DNA from: Fistulifera solaris
Taxonomy: Eukaryota
Assembly: GCA_030295235.1 (NCBI GenBank)
Contig: AP026147.1
Span: forward strand, 248,001 to 312,000
DNA length: 64,000 nucleotides
Reading direction: 5' to 3'
The notes under the pieces were generated by a model. The model did no database searches. It was not told the DNA's origin and was given only the letters and a program-made list of their open reading frames with translations. The position numbers and the translations under genes are program-made. This document shows, in pieces, positions 61,501 through 64,000 of this stretch (positions are counted from its first letter, which is position 1; every line of letters begins with the position of its first letter).

Positions 61501-64000
61501 GCAAGTACCGAGGCGCGGACGATAGCCCTGCTTCACTCAAAGTTGAGACAGGCTCGGAAGCGGAAATCGGAGGAATAGATACGCTCCTGGAAGCTGAGGG
61601 TGTCTCTGTTCTCTCTGTACCCACTCCTTGTGAAGAATTCGTGCTTTTGGAAAGGGTGTTTCGGTACTGCATGTAACGAGGCAAAGTGGATGCCATGGGT
61701 TCGCTCTTATCATCATTCTTGGACGATATGACACCCGCTGTTACTGCCGCTGCTCCGACGGAAGCCACTGCTGCAGTCGCAGCGATACCAGTCCTGCTTT
61801 TATTGGCACCCCTATCGTCTTTATCGACTGCGTCAACATTACTAGAACCCGAGGTAGTTTTCTTTGCAAGCGTACTGCGATACTGCATGTAACGAGGCAT
61901 AGACGGTGTTTCAGACTGATTCGTGGAATCGGGTGCTGTACCACCGACCGTCGATGATGTCGATATCATAGGAGCAACGACATCAGTACCCTCCTCGGTA
62001 GTGATATTGCTTGTCGGTGTCCCGTACTCAGTCGACGATGACTCTGATGGCACCTGTCCCGCAATCGTTGACAGTGCAGCAGCTCGCGATGGAACGGCGG
62101 ATTCAGTCTTTTCAGAACTAGGAACTGCGTTATCTGTTTCACGGTTGAATGCAGTTCGATATTGCATGAAACGGGGCACAAATGGAGATTGGTCGTCTTT
62201 CAATGTAGTATCCTGTTTGAACGATTCAATTGGTTGGCCGTCTTTAGAGATGGTCGGAACCATTTCGACGTCACCTACAAACGGTGCAGAAGCGGACGTG
62301 GTTTCGAAAGGCTTAGCTTTGATAGAAGTCGTCTCCGCAGTCTTAGTACTGTGTGAACTATGTTTGCGCAACGAGTCACGGTACTGCATGTATCGTGGCA
62401 CATCTGTGGACTTGTCGTCTTTATTCGTTATTGGGACTCCAGCAGCTGTATCTGCATCAAAACCTTTTGTCTCGATGTTGTCTGAACCGGATCCCGAACT
62501 CAGATCTTTGGCCAGCGAACTTCTGTACTGCATGTAGCGCGGTATCGAAGTCGGGCGAGACGCTATTGATTCTGAGGTCGACGACGACGGGTCATTTTCT
62601 GGAGTAACAACTTCTGATACTCCCCCTCTGAGAGGATGCTTTTGACGATTTGTCTGGTGACGAGAGTGAATTACGGTATTGCATATATCTGGGAATGCCC
62701 GATGATTTTCCATCTTTGCTAGCTGAAAACATAGAGTTGCTTTCTGTCTCGGCTTCAGTAGTCGAAATGGTTCTTACAGCATTCATGGAAGTCCCTAGGG
62801 GCTCAATGCGGGATATTGCTGGCTGCGCGTTTTCAAGACTTTCAGATCTGGAATCTTGTACGCTTCTCAATTTGTTCGCCGATTCCGCGCTGTTCACGCT
62901 ACTTGGCGAGCCCTTGTCAAATCCTGACCCAGAAAGCTCCTTTGATAGCGTTTCGGTGTCAATACCGTCAAGATTTTGCGTAAGTCGAAGAAAAATTGCT
63001 TGGGCGGCCTCCTCTCCATGAATCTTTTCCAGATCGCGTAGAGCTGTGTTGATTGACTTCTTGAGCGCCTCCTTTTTAGCGGCAATCGCATCGTCAGTGG
63101 AGCCAGCGGCAGATATACTTTCCATTTCTTTTCTATACTTCGAAGTGTTGCAAGTGTTTCGTCATCTTCTGGAATGGCATCGTCTTGATCATATAATTCG
63201 CGAAACTTCTTTAAAGAAGATGACGTTTCCAATGCGTCGGCATCTCCTGCACTGTAAGCGTCTCGGAAATCCTTGTAAGAGCTTCGTTTGGATGCAGGAC
63301 TTTTCAGAATCGTGGCTTCTGGCTGCTGCTTCTCTTCTTGCTGAGGTTCTACCTGGTCCTGCTCTTTCGCTCGCTTTGAATCGGCGTTGCTTTTATCGTC
63401 GGTAGCTGAGCGCTTGGAGGGAGTTGCAGAGGCAGCCTCCATGTATGCATCAACGTTTTCGAGCATTTCCATTTCTTCATCTTCGTCAACATCGTCACCC
63501 GAGGACTCGTCACTACCCGATGAACTGGAGGATCCATAGTCTCCTTGGTAAAAATCATCATCTGACGACGTTGCGGATGCTTGGCTCTTATTCCCCGGCG
63601 TTGGCGGATGACCGAAAAATTCGGTCGACTCCGTTTCCGAATCGACTTCTTCCGTCACACCGAGCGTGCCTAACGTAGGTTTCGCCGCTGCTTTGACGGT
63701 AAAATGATCTCTTCTTCGCCACGACCCTTCATGATCTGGTTCCCCTTGAAAATGTTTCGAGTCCTCCTCCGAGATGCACGTGAGTGCTTCATCCACTGTT
63801 TCTTGGTCGGAACACTCCCTCTCGTCTTCGAACAAATTGTCTTGTTGTAGGGAATCTTCCAACATTCCTTCTTCGGGCGAAGAATCGTCCGGTATGGTGA
63901 CCGGCGGAGGGGGGCGGCGGTGGAGGTGCAGGAGTGGACTGTCTCGACGCCCGGGTTGGAGATGTGGATGCGAGGTACGTACCCAGCGAGCCCTTGGTCT
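58598..64000 (-). CDS. Large LRR receptor-like membrane protein: long disordered N-terminal region, one TM, C-terminal LRRs; 5' end may lie beyond the window; frameshifts near 63125, 62650 and 58697
   Basis: RKRRQ-FLLCGLLILFLVAAPLSIGLAV TM; QRYSLATFYYST...W...ECGWF LRR cap; about 12 plant-type LxxLxLxxNxLxGxIP repeats; reading frame open to the window end. Confidence 0.85.
61120..61945 (-). repeat. Internal coding duplication, two ~270-nt copies 540 nt apart
   Basis: TAPD..SMPRYMQYR.TLAKK...GIAA.A.VASVGAAAVTAGV.SS.ND..SEP.AS.LPRYMQY occurs twice (~61660-61945 and ~61120-61405). Confidence 0.9.

Noticed and set aside
1..64000. tRNA or rRNA genes
   Set aside because: No cloverleaf or rRNA-like conserved segments recognised by eye; tRNAscan-SE/Infernal would be needed to exclude them

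Overview
Gene-dense eukaryotic genomic DNA, most likely from a pennate diatom. The evidence is short GT-AG introns of about 60-210 nt, bipartite plastid-type presequences, DUF285 and GH19 genes, and compact intergenic spacers. About 28 protein-coding loci are supported, including RPS6, SmD2, YJU2, TFIIH p62, VTC4, mitoferrin, TrmO, a UBL-WLM protease, a PTEN/tensin-like protein, a PP4R1-like HEAT-PDZ protein, two head-to-head SLC35A sugar transporters, a membrane-anchored GH19 chitinase, a sulfotransferase and a large LRR membrane protein. Many genes carry 1-nt frameshifts at homopolymers, most likely long-read assembly errors. Main observations: (i) an internally deleted PIF/Harbinger-type transposon (9635-11540; 21-bp perfect TIRs, TTC target duplication) whose second ORF resembles the N-terminus of a stand-alone gene 10 kb away, a candidate domesticated transposon accessory gene; (ii) an LRR receptor-like protein whose predicted cytosolic tail carries nine PRYMQYR-type motifs; (iii) a dispersed intergenic palindrome GACTG-N-CAGTC; (iv) a mucin-like surface protein with four copies of a ~115-aa domain I cannot name. 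All family calls come from motif recognition by eye; no searches were run.
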